Shown here in pieces: positions 50,001 to 62,116 of a DNA stretch of 64,000 bases; within the stretch, counting starts at the first letter, position 1, and each line of letters begins with the position of its first letter. Origin of the DNA: Squalus acanthias (taxonomy: Eukaryota); NCBI GenBank assembly GCA_030390025.1, contig CM059432.1:119786001-119850000 (forward strand), read 5' to 3'. A program made the position numbers and the translations under genes. The notes under the pieces are model-generated. The model searched no databases. It was not told where the DNA came from and saw nothing but the letters and a program-made list of their open reading frames with translations.

Positions 50001-52551
50001 AGACTGTAACCTTCTGGATATTATGGGGGTCTGGAAAACCCCCCCAGAATTCTGCAACTCCTCACAAAAGAGTGTACAGAGATTGAGTTCGCGAGTTTGA
50101 TACAGAAGTACTCTGTGTGATAATTCTAAAAATATATAGATTTATTAAAGAACCGACATGTAGTTAACAGTTGGTGAGTCAATTGCAACTTTAACAGTTC
50201 AAAATACAAATAGCTTACAATTCTATTCTCAGAGATCCTTATTCTCAAATCTTAACTTTGTTACATTTCCACACTTCTACTTATTCTTAATCCAGAATTT
50301 CAAGCAAAATCAAATAAAAGTACCTTTTGATCCCCGAGACTCAAAGAGTTAAAAACTTACAGCACCTGCCTCTGAAGCTGAGAATTGCCTGCCCATTCCA
50401 GCGACTTCTGACTTCCTATCTGAAAGCTCTATATTTTATACCCTTTTTGCAGTGGCATATTCTTTGAAGTTTTCTGCTGATGTAAGCTAATCATCTCCAG
50501 TCATCTTTCTGTTGACTTCTTTCTATTTTTACTGTCAATTCAGCTGCTAACTTGCAGAATTCTGTCTCTACATTTAGGTGTTCGAAACTTATCATAAAAT
50601 ATGGTTATAACAGATTTATCTATTTGATGCCATTCTTACGAGGTCTTCTATTGAATTCTTAAATCAGTTTAGCTGCTTGTAAGCCAGACTTCGCATCTCC
50701 GTGTTTTCCAAGTTCAACACACAAACAATGTGATTGCTTGGTGCACCTATTGATGTAATATTTACAAAGTCTTCTGTTTTTCCTTTTACAATATGTAAAT
50801 CAAAAACACTTCAACTGAGTACTTGTTTCCCCAGCCATCTTAATTGGTTATATTACAAACTTATGTTTCCTGTCTTTCATTTGATGTTACTTTTACGAAG
50901 ACACATGGTTTTTTAATGTTCTGTGTTTCTGTTCGAAGTGTTAGTTTTTAACACTTTAAACTGGGTATAGCTATTGTGTTGGTTCCAAACTGCAGACTTC
51001 TTGGAACCAACTCTTTGCTTCTTCAATAGGGCCATTGTTTTAGTGTCAATAACCAATTCCCATTTCAAAAGCTTGTATGGTGTTTACAGCTTTGTGAGTC
51101 ATCTTATCTCAGAAGCCTATATTTACAGCTTTGTGTCGTTGAGGCTTTTAGATTTTTAAACCCAGTTTGTCATATTTTAATAATGTCAGAATTCTGTTCA
51201 TAGAATGGTGTATTTTTCTGAAATATGGCTATTCCTTTACACCTGGTGGAAGCAGTGCTTTCATTATATAAGTGCTGGGCACAAGTGGTGGGGTTGCGGA
51301 GGGGACTCATGAGCCAGGTCCTAAGCGGATAGCCCTTGTCTCCGAGCAGCAACCCTCGGGTTTGACATGGTGGCTGGAAGATTGCTGGCACACCAGAATG
51401 ATACAGGATGAAGGCATCATGGCTGCTGCCAGGATAGTGGGCATTGACCTTCAGGAAGCGTGAGCATGGTCGGAAAAAACTGCACAGTAAGTGAGTGGTA
51501 GCCTTTGCCTTTATGGAACATCTTAGGATTGTTAAGTGGCGCCGGCAAAGCCATGTGGGTACAGTTGATGGCTCCCTGCACCACGGGCAAAGCCACATGT
51601 GCGCTCGCCCTGCTTCTCTCTGCTCAGAGAGAAGAAAACATAGTCCCTTCTCCTGGTGTAGAGAGCGTCTGTGACCTCCCGGATGCAGCGATGGATGGCG
51701 AACTGTGAGATGTTTGCTATGTCTCCTACTGCAGACTGGAAGGACCTGCTGGTGAAGAAATTGAGGGCCACGGTGACCTTGACTGCCATTGGGAGAGCTG
51801 TGGTCTCCCTGCTCTGAGGCTGCAGGAGTGGTTGCAGGAGGTGGCAGAGTTCTGAGACCAACTCCTTGGTGAAGCAAAGCCTCCTCATCCACTGCTCCTC
51901 ACTTAAGTGGATATAAGAGAATTGCTCTCTGAAGACCCTAGGTGGGTAAGGTCTCCTGTTGAGAACCCTCCTGGCCCTCCATCTGCTCCGTCTCTGTGCA
52001 ATTTCTCCTTTTCTTTGCTATCTCCGCTCCCTCTCTCGAAGGTACAGGAGGGGGACTGCCAGTAGAACCCCCATGACTGTGAGCAAGTGTTGTGTGCAGA
52101 AGCTTTTAAATAAGAATGAAGGCATTCTCCACTTGCAACAACACTCCCTGTTACCGTAGGACCTTGAAAGAAGTTTAGAAAGCTGCTGGAATTGCGGAAA
52201 GTTCCACAGAGCCAGTCAAACTGCAGAAACATGTTAGGTGCAAGTAGTTGCTGATGATCCTTTTAAATACCGCTGCTGGAGCCTCCTTCCTGCTTGTCAA
52301 TGCTTGCTCAGCTGGTCGTACTTAAGGCATGCTGGTAAGTGGAGCAGCATTGTTGAAAATGGCAGATCGGGCGTCAAGTGAGCATTGCACACTCACTGAC
52401 TTCACAATCTGCATAATCTACATAATTTTCACGAGCGCGGACATCGGCAGCGCTGCTGCCCATCTGAAAATGCCAGCCGCCACGGGACCCGCCATTTCTT
52501 TCCCCGAAACTGGCGGTAACAGGTGGCGCTAATCACCTGAATTTTTATCCC
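47073..52551. mobile_element. Harbinger copy D: spliced Myb-partner gene (+, ~47394-49300) and transposase (-, ~52074-49470) split by a solo LTR
   Basis: TIRs GGGCTAAAAATT / AATTTTTATCCC; TSD ATA (47070-47072, 52552-52554); introns 47635-47894 and 48058-48216. Confidence 0.92.
49793..51241 (-). mobile_element. Solo LTR (1449 bp) of the foamy-like ERV family
   Basis: TGAAGGGA...CCTTTACA; TSD CCTG; minus-strand TATAAAA 50440-50434, GTAAGT 50360-50355, AATAAA 50146-50141. Confidence 0.9.
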
Positions 52552-53211
52552 ATAGAGTACAAAAGGAAGTTACGCTAAACCTTTATGAAACACTGGTTAG
52601 GCCCCAGCTAGAGCACCACACTTTAGGAAGGATGTCAAGGCCTTGGAGAGGTTGCAGAGCAGATTTACTAGAATGGTACCAGGGATGCAGGACTTCAGTT
52701 TTGTGGAGAGACTGGAGAAGCTGGGATTGTTCTCCTTTTGAGCAGAAAAGGTTAAAGGGGAGATTTGATTGTAGTGTTTAAAATTATGAAGCATTTTGAT
52801 AGAGGAAATGAGGAGAAACTGTTTTCAGTGACAGAAGAGTCGGTAACCAGAGGAAACAGATTTAAGGTAATTGGCAAAAAAAACAGAGGCGATATGAAGA
52901 AAAAAGTGGTCTGCACAAAGTGATCATAAATGGAGTGCTTCTAAATAGAGTGCTAAAGTTGGGAATTTGGAGAGAGTGGGAAGGAGGAGCAGAGGGGGAA
53001 GGAGGAGAGAGTGAGAGGAGCGACCGGAGATAAAGGTAGGCCCGAGAGCCCGTAGGGAGTGCAAACGTCTGGGAGTGAGGTAAAAAAAACTAAAGTGACA
53101 TCAGCTCAAGGGAAGGAGCTGAAAAGAAAAAAATTGGTGAGTAGCTGATGATTTTTTTAAAGTCTTGAGTTTATTTCTGTTAAGTTAGTTAATAGTCTAT
53201 TAAATAGAGGT

Positions 53212-54156
53212 ATGGCAGGGCACCTCAATCCCATGGAATGCACATCTTGTGCCATGTGGGAACTCCAGGATGCTTCCTGTGTCCTGGACAAGCACATGTA
53301 CAGGAAGCATCGTCAGCTGGAGGAGCTCGAGCTTTGGGTTTTGGAGCTTGAGCAGCAGCTGGCGTCACTGCAGTGCATCCATGAGGCTGAGAGCTATGTG
53401 GATAGCACGTTTCAGGAGGCAGTCACCCCTCAGCATAAGAGTGTGCAGGCAGAGAGGGAATGGGTGACTGCCAGACAGACAAGAAGGACCAGGCAGGTAG
53501 TGCAGGAGACCCTGAGTGCAGCTCAGTCTCCAACAGATATAACTGGTAAGGGCGATGATTCCTCTGGGGAGTACAGCCAGAGCAAAGTCCATAGCACCAC
53601 AGGTGGTTCAGCTTTACAAGGGGTGAGGAAGAAGATTGGGAAAGCAATAGTGATAGGGGATTCAATAGTTAAGGGAACAGACTGGCGTTTCTGCAGTCGT
53701 ATACGTGATTCAAAGATGGTATGTTGCGTCCCTTGTGCCAGGGTCAAGGATGTCACTGAGCAGCTGCAGAACATTCTGAGGAGGGAGGGTGAACAGCCAG
53801 AGGTCGTGGTCCATATTCGTATCAATGACATGGGTAGAAAGAGGGAAGAGGTCCTGCAGGCAGATTTTAGGGAGCTAGGAAAAAGATTAAAAAGCAGGAC
53901 CTCAAAGGTAGTAATCTCTGGATTACTCCCAGTACCACGAGCTAGTTACTGTAGAAATAGAAAGATAGAGCCAGTGAATGCATGGCTGGTGAGATGGTGC
54001 AGGAGGCAGGGCTTTAGATTCCTGGGATATTGGGACCAGTTCTGGGGGAGGTGGGACCTGTATAGGCCAGATGGGTTGCACCTCAATAGAACCGGGACCA
54101 ATAACCTCGCGGTGGGGGGTGAGTTTGTTAGTGCAGTTGGGGAGAGTTTAAACTAA
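53212..54156 (+). CDS. CR1 ORF1p (SGNH esterase type), open but with decayed motifs
   Basis: IVIGDSIV and DGLH present; GTND changed to RIND; second CxxC lost. Confidence 0.85.
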   Translation: MAGHLNPMECTSCAMWELQDASCVLDKHMYRKHRQLEELELWVLELEQQLASLQCIHEAESYVDSTFQEAVTPQHKSVQAEREWVTARQTRRTRQVVQETLSAAQSPTDITGKGDDSSGEYSQSKVHSTTGGSALQGVRKKIGKAIVIGDSIVKGTDWRFCSRIRDSKMVCCVPCARVKDVTEQLQNILRREGEQPEVVVHIRINDMGRKREEVLQADFRELGKRLKSRTSKVVISGLLPVPRASYCRNRKIEPVNAWLVRWCRRQGFRFLGYWDQFWGRWDLYRPDGLHLNRTGTNNLAVGGEFVSAVGESLN

Positions 54157-55781
54157 TTTGGCAAGGTCTAAGATAGGTTTACAGTGCATGTGTGTGAACG
54201 CACAAAGCGTGGTAAATAAGGCTGGTGAGCTGCAGGTGCAAATAGGCATATGGGAATATGATGTTGTGGCAATAATGGGTACTAAATATTCCTGGATATA
54301 AGGTGTTCAGGAAAGATAGGGAAGGAAAGAAAGGAGGTGGGGTGGCAGTATTGATTAAGGAGAATGTTACAGTGCTGGAGAGAGAGGATGTTCTGGAGTA
54401 ATTGAACAATGGGCTGCCTTTAAAGTGGAGATGGTTGGGTACAGTCGAGGTATATTCCCACGAGGATAAAGGTAGGGCAACCAAAGCCAGAACTCCATGG
54501 ATGACGAAAGAGATAGAGAGTAAGATGAAGCAGAAAAAGGGGGCATATGACAGATGTCTGGTTGAGAATACTAGTGAGAACCAGGCTGACACTAGAAAGT
54601 TCAGAGGGGAAATGAAAAAGGAAATAAGAGGGGCAAAGAGAGAGTATGAGAATAGACTGGCAGCTAACATAAAATGGAATCCAAAAGTCTTCTATAGGCA
54701 TATAAATAATAAATGGGTAGTAAGAGGAGGGTTGGGGCCGATTAGGGATCAAAAAGGAGATCTACACATGGAGGCAGAGGGCATGGCTGAGGTTCTTAAT
54801 GAGTACTTTTCATCTTTACCAAGGAAGAAGATGCTGCCAAAGTCATAGTGAAAGAGGAGGTAGTTGAGATACTGGATGAGATAAAAAATGATAAAGAAGA
54901 GGTACTAGAAAGGCTAGCTGTACTTAAAGTAGATAAGTCACCAGGACCAGATGGGATACATCCTAGGATGCTGAGGGAGATAAGGGTGGAAACTGTGGAG
55001 GTACTGGCCATAATCTTCCAATCCTCCTTAGATACGGAGGTGGTGCCAGAGGGCTGGAGAATTGCAAATATTACACCTTTGTTCAAGAAAGGGTGTAAGG
55101 ATAAACTCAGCAACTGTAGACCAATCAGTTTAGCCTCAGTGGAGTAGAAGATTATGGAATCGATAATATGGAACAATATTAACAGTCACTTGGACAAGTG
55201 TGGATTAATTAAGGAAAGCCAGCACGGATTTGTTAAAGGCAAATCGTGTTAAACTCGATAGAGTTCTTTGATGAGGTAACAGAGAGGGTTGATAAGAGCA
55301 ATGTGGTTGACATGGTGTACATGGACTTCCAAAAGGCGTTCGATTAAGTGCCATGTAATAGGCTCGCCAGCAAAGTTGAAGCCCATGGAATAAAAGGGAC
55401 AGTGGCAGCATGGATACAAAATTAGCTAAGTTGACAGGAAACAGAGAGTAGTGATGAATGGTTGTTTTTTGGACTGGAGGAAGGTGTTCCCCAGGGATCA
55501 GTACTAGGACCATTGCTTTTCTTGATATATATTAATAACTTGGACTTGGGTGTACAGGACACAATTTCAAAATTTGCAGATGACACAAAACTTGGAAGTA
55601 TAGTGAACAGTGAGGAGGATAGTGATAGACTTCAAGAGGACATAGACAGGCTGTTGGAATGGGTGGACACGTGGCAGATGAAATTTAACGCAGAAAATGC
55701 AAAGTGATACATTTTGGTAGAAAGAACGAGGAGAGGGAATATAAACTAAAGGGTACAATTCTAAAGGGGTGCAGGAACAGA

Positions 55782-56678
55782 GGGGGAGAAATTCAGTATC
55801 ACCCCATTTGGGGCGCAATTATCGGCCGGGCGTAAAGATTAGTGCCTGGTGCTAATTATCGCCTCCGACTGCAAACTTGGCTTTTATCGCCCCTGGAGGT
55901 GATTGGAGCGCTAAATCAGGCGCTTCACACCTGTCTTAAGGCACAAAGGCCGAGGAGCGAGGCGCTAACTCAGAGCGCTGGCGAAGCTTATGTGATGTCA
56001 GTCAGCAATGGAACACAGACACACTGGCGCCGGCCAGTTCTTAAAGGGGAGGGTTGATCTTGCTCTCCATTCACATCCTGCTCATTGCAGACTTGAATCT
56101 CGGCCTGGAGAGACCTGTACATCAAATCTGCTGGAAAGAACAATGGAGAGGACCAGGGAAAGAGCTCAGAGTGCAGCCCCTACAGTCTCTTATAAATCGA
56201 TACAAGGAAGGGCAAATCAAAATGAACCTGCAAAGTGCTGCTCAGTACCCAAAACTCCTTCACACAGCGTTGAATCTCTCCAGAAGTCTCTCGCTCTCTC
56301 TCTCTCTCAGAATGCGTGGTGCAAAAATGTCACCAACAAAAAAAGGCAGGAAGCGGTCGCCTTTAAATAGCGCTCCCCCAGTCCCTTCCTGACTGCAAAA
56401 CGCTCCCCTCAACCTGTCGTTGCTAGCGGCAGGCGGTAAGGCAGGGGGCGCCACTCAATATCCGGTCTGGGGCGCTACCGGGTGTTGCGCACTCGACTGA
56501 CATCATGATCTGCCGGCGCAGGAGATCGTGGCGGTAGTGTTTAGCGCCGCTGCAAAATGTCTAGTTAATTTTGTGAGCGGCGCAAACATCGCAGCGCACG
56601 GGCGCTAGTTGCTTTGCGCCCCATTAGCGTCCTCTTAAGGCGCTAACAGGAGGCGCAAACCAACTGAATTTTTCCCCC
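55782..56678. mobile_element. Harbinger-type MITE in CR1
   Basis: GGGGGAGAAATT / AATTTTTCCCCC; TSD AGA. Confidence 0.87.
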
Positions 56679-57964
56679 AGAGAGACCTATCGGCACAAAT
56701 CGTTGAAGGTGGCCGGGTAGGTTGAGAAAGCGGTTAGAAAATCATATGCGATCCTGGGCTTTATAAATAGAGGCATAGAGTACAAAAGCAAGGAAGTTAT
56801 GATGAACCTTTATAAAACACTGGTCCAGCCTAAACTGGAGTACTTTGTCCAATTCTGGGCAGCACACTTTAGGAAGTATGTGAAGGCCTTAGAGAGGGTG
56901 CAAAAAAGATTTACAAAAATGGTTCCAGGGATGAGGGACTTCAGTTACGTGGAAAGACTGGAGAAGCTGGGATTGTTCTTTTTAGAGCAGAGAAGGTTGA
57001 GAGGAGATTTGATAGAGGTGTTCAAAATTATGAGGGGTCTAGACAGAGGAGATAGAGAGAAACTGTTCCCATTGGCAGAAGGGTCAAGAACCAGAGGAAA
57101 CATATTTAAGGTGAGTGGCAGAAGAACCAAAGGCGACATGAGGAAAAACTTTTTTATGCAGTGAATGGTTAGGATCTGGAATGCACTGCCTGAAAGAGTG
57201 ATGGAGACAGATTCAGTTATGGTTTTCAAAAGGGAATTGGATAAGTACCAGAAGGGAAAAAAATTGCAGGGCTACGGGGAAAGGGCGGGGGAGTGGGACT
57301 AGCTGAAGTGCTCTTGTAGAGAGCCGGCACGGACTCGACGGGCCGAATGGCCTCCTTCTGTTCTGTATCATATTATGATTCTATGAAATGGGAATCCGTA
57401 AAGTGGGTTCCACATGAATCATTAATCTGCTGCTTTTTCTTCACATGATGCTGTTTTGTATTTTCAGCATTTCCTGGTTTTGTTTCAGATTTCCAGTATT
57501 TTGTGTCGTTATTTTTCTTTTTTAAGGATCTACCATATTAATGTGCATTCCACCTCAGGGAGCACTGAAACATTTAAATGCAAGCTACTGTGTTCGGTAA
57601 TGTTTGGCATGTCAATGTTAACTTAATACTGGGACTTGCTTGGAGAGCACCCCAATCGCAGTATTTCATGATATAATTGGTACAAGATGAAAGAAGACAT
57701 TGCTGCGACCTTTGAAATTCTTCAGTAAAAGTGGTAATAAAGTAAATCCAATTTATTTCCCTGCAAGTGCTCTATGAAGGTGCGCTCAGTGCTTTACCCG
57801 GTGCGTTCTATTGTTAACAGCGCACAGTGTGTGTTCTCCATCCTAATTTTATGCTTCTTCCAGCTGCTTCTCCAGTAGCAGGAGTAAGTGAGGTGGCTGG
57901 CTGTTGGGTTTCCGCGGGAGATCTTGCGATTAAAGTGGTCCTCTGCCGCCTTGTTGTGGGTCTT

Positions 57965-59107
57965 GATGTTATTAAACAAAATTAGGGCTCATGGGATTGG
58001 GTGTAATATACTAGCATGGATTGAGGATTGGTTAACGGACAGAAAACAGAGAATAGGAATAAACGGGTCATTTTCAGGTTGGCAGACTGTAACTAGTGGG
58101 GTACCGCAAGGATCAGTGCTTGGGCCTCAGCTATTCACAATCTATATCAATGATGGATGAGGGGACCAAATGTAATATATCCAAGTTTGCTGAGGATACA
58201 AAGCTGGGTGGGAATGTAAGTTGTAAGTCGATGCAAGGCGGCTTCAAGGGGATATAGACAGGCTAAGTGAGTGGGCAAGAACATGGCAAATGGAATATAA
58301 TGTGGAGAAATGTGAAGTTATCCACTTTGGTAGCAAAAATAGAAAAGCAGAGTATTTTTTAAATGGTGAGAGATTGGGAAATGTTGGTGTTCAGAGAGGC
58401 CTGGGTGTCTTTGAACAGGAATCACTGAAAGTTAACATGCAGGTACAGCAAGCAATTAGGAAAGCAAATGGTACGTTGGTCTTTATTACAAGAGGATTTG
58501 AGTACAAGAGTAAAGACGTCTTACTGCAATTATATAAGGCCCTGGTGAGACCATACCTGGAGTATTGTGTACAGTTTTGGTCTCTTTACCTAAGGAAGAT
58601 TATACTTGCCATAGAGGGAGTACAACAAAGGTTCACCAGACTGGTTTCTGGGATGGGAGGATTGTTCTATGAGGAGAGATTGAGTAGACTAGGCCTATAT
58701 TCTCTGGAGTTTAGAAGAATGAGAGGTGATCTCATTGAAACATACAACATTCTTACAGGGCTTGACAGGGTAGATGCAGGGAAGATGTTTCCTCTGGCTG
58801 GGGAGTCTAGAGCCAGGGGTCACAGTCTCAGAATAAGGGGTTGGCCATTTAGGACTGAGATGAGGAGAAATTTCTTCACTCAGAGGGTGGTGAATCTTTG
58901 GAATTCTCTGCCCCAGTGGAGGCTCAATCGTTGAGTATATTCAAGACAGAGATCGATAGATTTTTGAATTTTAAGGGATTCAAGGGATATGGGGATAGTG
59001 CAGGAAAGTGGAGATGAGGTAGAAGATCAGCCATGATCTTATTGAATGGCGGAGCAGGCTCGAAGGGCCAAATGGCCTACTCCTACTCCTATTTCTTATG
59101 TTCTTAT
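57965..59107 (+). mobile_element. CR1 (HER1-like) 3' portion
   Basis: [31 protein letters not shown]; tail. Confidence 0.9.
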
Positions 59108-59749
59108 AAACTATCCCTACAATTGCTTGCACTATGTCCAATGCCATGGAAAAGGCTTGGATAGGAATTATGTGGCATTGTCCTGAGAGATAACAGCCTC
59201 TTATATGCCTACTGCAACCATACTAAGAGAGTTTACAGCACATAAGGAGGGCATTTGCCTATTGTGTCTGTGGTGGCTCTCCATTAGCATGATTCAAAAC
59301 TAATTCCAATGCCACATTCTCTCCCCATTGCCTTATACCTTCCTTTACTTCAAATATTTATTCAATTTTCCCCTAAAAGGTGCCTCAGTCACTATCTGGA
59401 GCAAAATCTTCCAGGTTGCAACAAAATAGAAAAATAAAACTTTCATTTCAGGACAGCCAAGCGAAGTCACTGTTGTTATGTAGGCAAATTGGGCAGCCAA
59501 TTTGCACGCAACGAGGCCCTACAAACAGCAATGAGATAAATGACCAGTTTGAAGCATTGGTTGAAGGATAATTGTTGGTCAGGACAATGGGAGAAGTCCT
59601 CTGCTCTTCTTCAAATACTGCCATGGAATTTTCTACATCCACCTCAGTTTAATGTCTTATCCAAAAAATGTCACCTCCGACAATGCAATACTCCATCAGT
59701 GGTACACTGAAATGCCAACTTACATTAAATGTTCAAGTCCTTTCAACAA

Positions 59750-60515
59750 CATTTTTCTTAACCTCTCTCCTCACTCTCTCAGTGACAATTTTATGTTTTT
59801 TGTTAACTCCCCAACCAGAGGAAATAATCTTTCCCCATTCACTCTAACAGAATCCTTCATACTTTTAAAAACCTCTGATCTATCTTCACTTAGTCTTCTT
59901 TACTTCATGGGAAATATTCCCAGTATCTCTCGTCCTTTGTTGTAACTGGAGTTTCCCAACCCTGGCATTGTCCTGGTGAATCTTGGCTCGCCATGGCTTT
60001 AATGTCCTTTTTAAGGCTTCCAAAACTGCACACGGTATTTAAATTGTGGCCTGCGCAATGTTTTGTACAGATTTATCAATAGTTCTTCGCGATTGTACTC
60101 AATGTCCCGATTTCTAAAACCAAAAATTTTTGGTCTTTTCTTGTGACCTCACATTTTCAGTGAATCACATACTCGAACACTTGAGTCTCTTCACCCATCA
60201 ACATCTTTCCATTGTACATTCCCATTTCTTGTGTTTCCTCCCAAAAAGTATTATCACACACTTATCAATGTTAAATTGTGCTGCCACCTATCTACCCATC
60301 TACCCATTCCGCTACCCAATGTCTTTCTGAAGTCTTTTCCAGCTCTCCCTGTTGTTTGCCAAACTGCCTACTTTTGTGTTATCAGTTAATTTTGAGATTG
60401 CGCTCCAAGTACAAATCACCTATATGTTCGAAGAACAAAAGTGGACCCAGTCCTGAAGCCTGAGGTACACCACTTGCAACCCTTCTCCAATTCAAACAAT
60501 ATAAACTTACCCTAA
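59750..60515 (-). mobile_element. Old decayed CR1 fragment
   Basis: Residual similarity to the CR1 RT C-terminus. Confidence 0.6.
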
Positions 60516-60519
60516 CTCA

Positions 60520-62116
60520 TGTAAGGGGTTCGCGTGGCTCTGTGCTTAGCCTGGGTGCTAGTGCGGGGTTAGGCCTTGTTGCCTGTTCTGGTCTCCAGCC
60601 AGCCTGGTAACACTAGACACCTGTGAGTGGTTCGACCCACTCGCCCTTACGGTTCTGACACTGGACTTAGGTGCGAGAGCAATAATGCAGAGAAAACTCA
60701 GGTAGACCCAGTTGAATAGTGCGAAATGGAAAATCTTTATTGCATATTATTCAAGATTACGAAATACATGTCATAAGCACAGATTAATGACAGTACAAAC
60801 TTACATACATTTATGCAACTAGGTTTAGGGAAACGAGGAGCGCACGACACATCGTAAAAGGGGACACACATTATAATTATCCTTAAAACATAAAACCCTC
60901 CCCTATCAATACCTGTCCTAATCTAGATCTGTAGGATTGAGACTCATGCTCACCACTCGTGATAACTCGGAGAATTCCGAAACTCTGCTCGGATGTTTTC
61001 ACCACAGCACCTGACTATCCACGTGTTGATCAGGGGTCTCTGTACCCCACTTGTTTACTCGCTTCTGCTCCGGCTAGCAGGCTGGACCGTCTGCTGTCAT
61101 GAAGATCTGTGTTGACCTCGGATTCCCGATCAAAACCTACAAAGTTCACTTATTTCGGGCGCGGTCGGGGTTTACTGATCGCGGCGGCACGTGCGGTCGT
61201 CTTCTTCTTCTTCTTGTCTTGTTTCGTCTCGTCGGGCCTTCGGTTCCAACACCGTTTACCGACTTCTCGGGATGGTGAGCCTGCTTACCGGCCTTCGCAG
61301 ACCAGCTCTCCACAGATCTTCGTGGCAAGCCACAAGGTTGACTCCCGGAAAATCCACGGATCAGAGAAGCGAGTCAAAGGAATAAGAGTCGAGCGAATAA
61401 GAGAAAGATGGAAGTTTGGACACTACAGTTATAGTACTGTAATTCCTTATCTCCCGCCCAATCTTAATGTTCATCTTTTGTTATGGTTTGGCGCTCAAAC
61501 TTCTTGTATGGGGTGGTACTTGTCGTTAATGGGTCTCGGTGATACTTGTAACTGTCTGAGTACCCGTTAATATTTCTCCCCTTGTGGAACCGGCTAGGAG
61601 TCTCCCTGGAGGGGTTTTGGGGGCCTCCGAATTCTTGTTGTGAGTACCCGCGAACGGCTCTCTCATCGTAGAGCCGTGGGGAATTTGCGTATCAATGTCT
61701 TTTGGATGGGCCCCTAATTGCCCAGTACAATAGCTCTCATTTGTGCATGGAAAAACCCAATTCCAGCACTTATATTCCTTGCTTGGGTGTTAAAATGCAA
61801 AACGATCTCGTCTTGTCTTATCTCAATATGCTGAGTCCTGTCCGATCTTGCTGAAATGTTTATTGAAACGCCATCTTGTCTGCCTGCTGAAAGTCTAGAA
61901 CCTTCTGCCACGAGGCGTGGCAGCCATTTTACAGGCTGCTTATGTCCGTTTTGAAACCTGACAGCATTTTGCTGAAATAAAGCTGTTTACGAAACTGTAT
62001 GTCTCTTTCTCATTATTTTTAAATCGCGATAATTTGCGAATTCTACACTCATCCCCTGCTGCTGGGTATACCTTGGTATGTCCAATGACCTGCATGGGAG
62101 CAGAACTCTGGCATTA
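60520..62116. mobile_element. Unclassified CpG-rich LTR-like insertion, probably interrupted by the adjacent CR1
   Basis: Sharp TGTAAGGGG start against CR1, composition shift, minus-strand AATAAA near 60735; no TSD seen. Confidence 0.4.

Larger units (their letters stand above)
52910..57385 (+). mobile_element. Near full-length CR1 LINE (ORF2 degenerate, internal deletion in the endonuclease)
   Basis: 5'UTR, ORF1, [32 protein letters not shown]1 tail. Confidence 0.9.
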
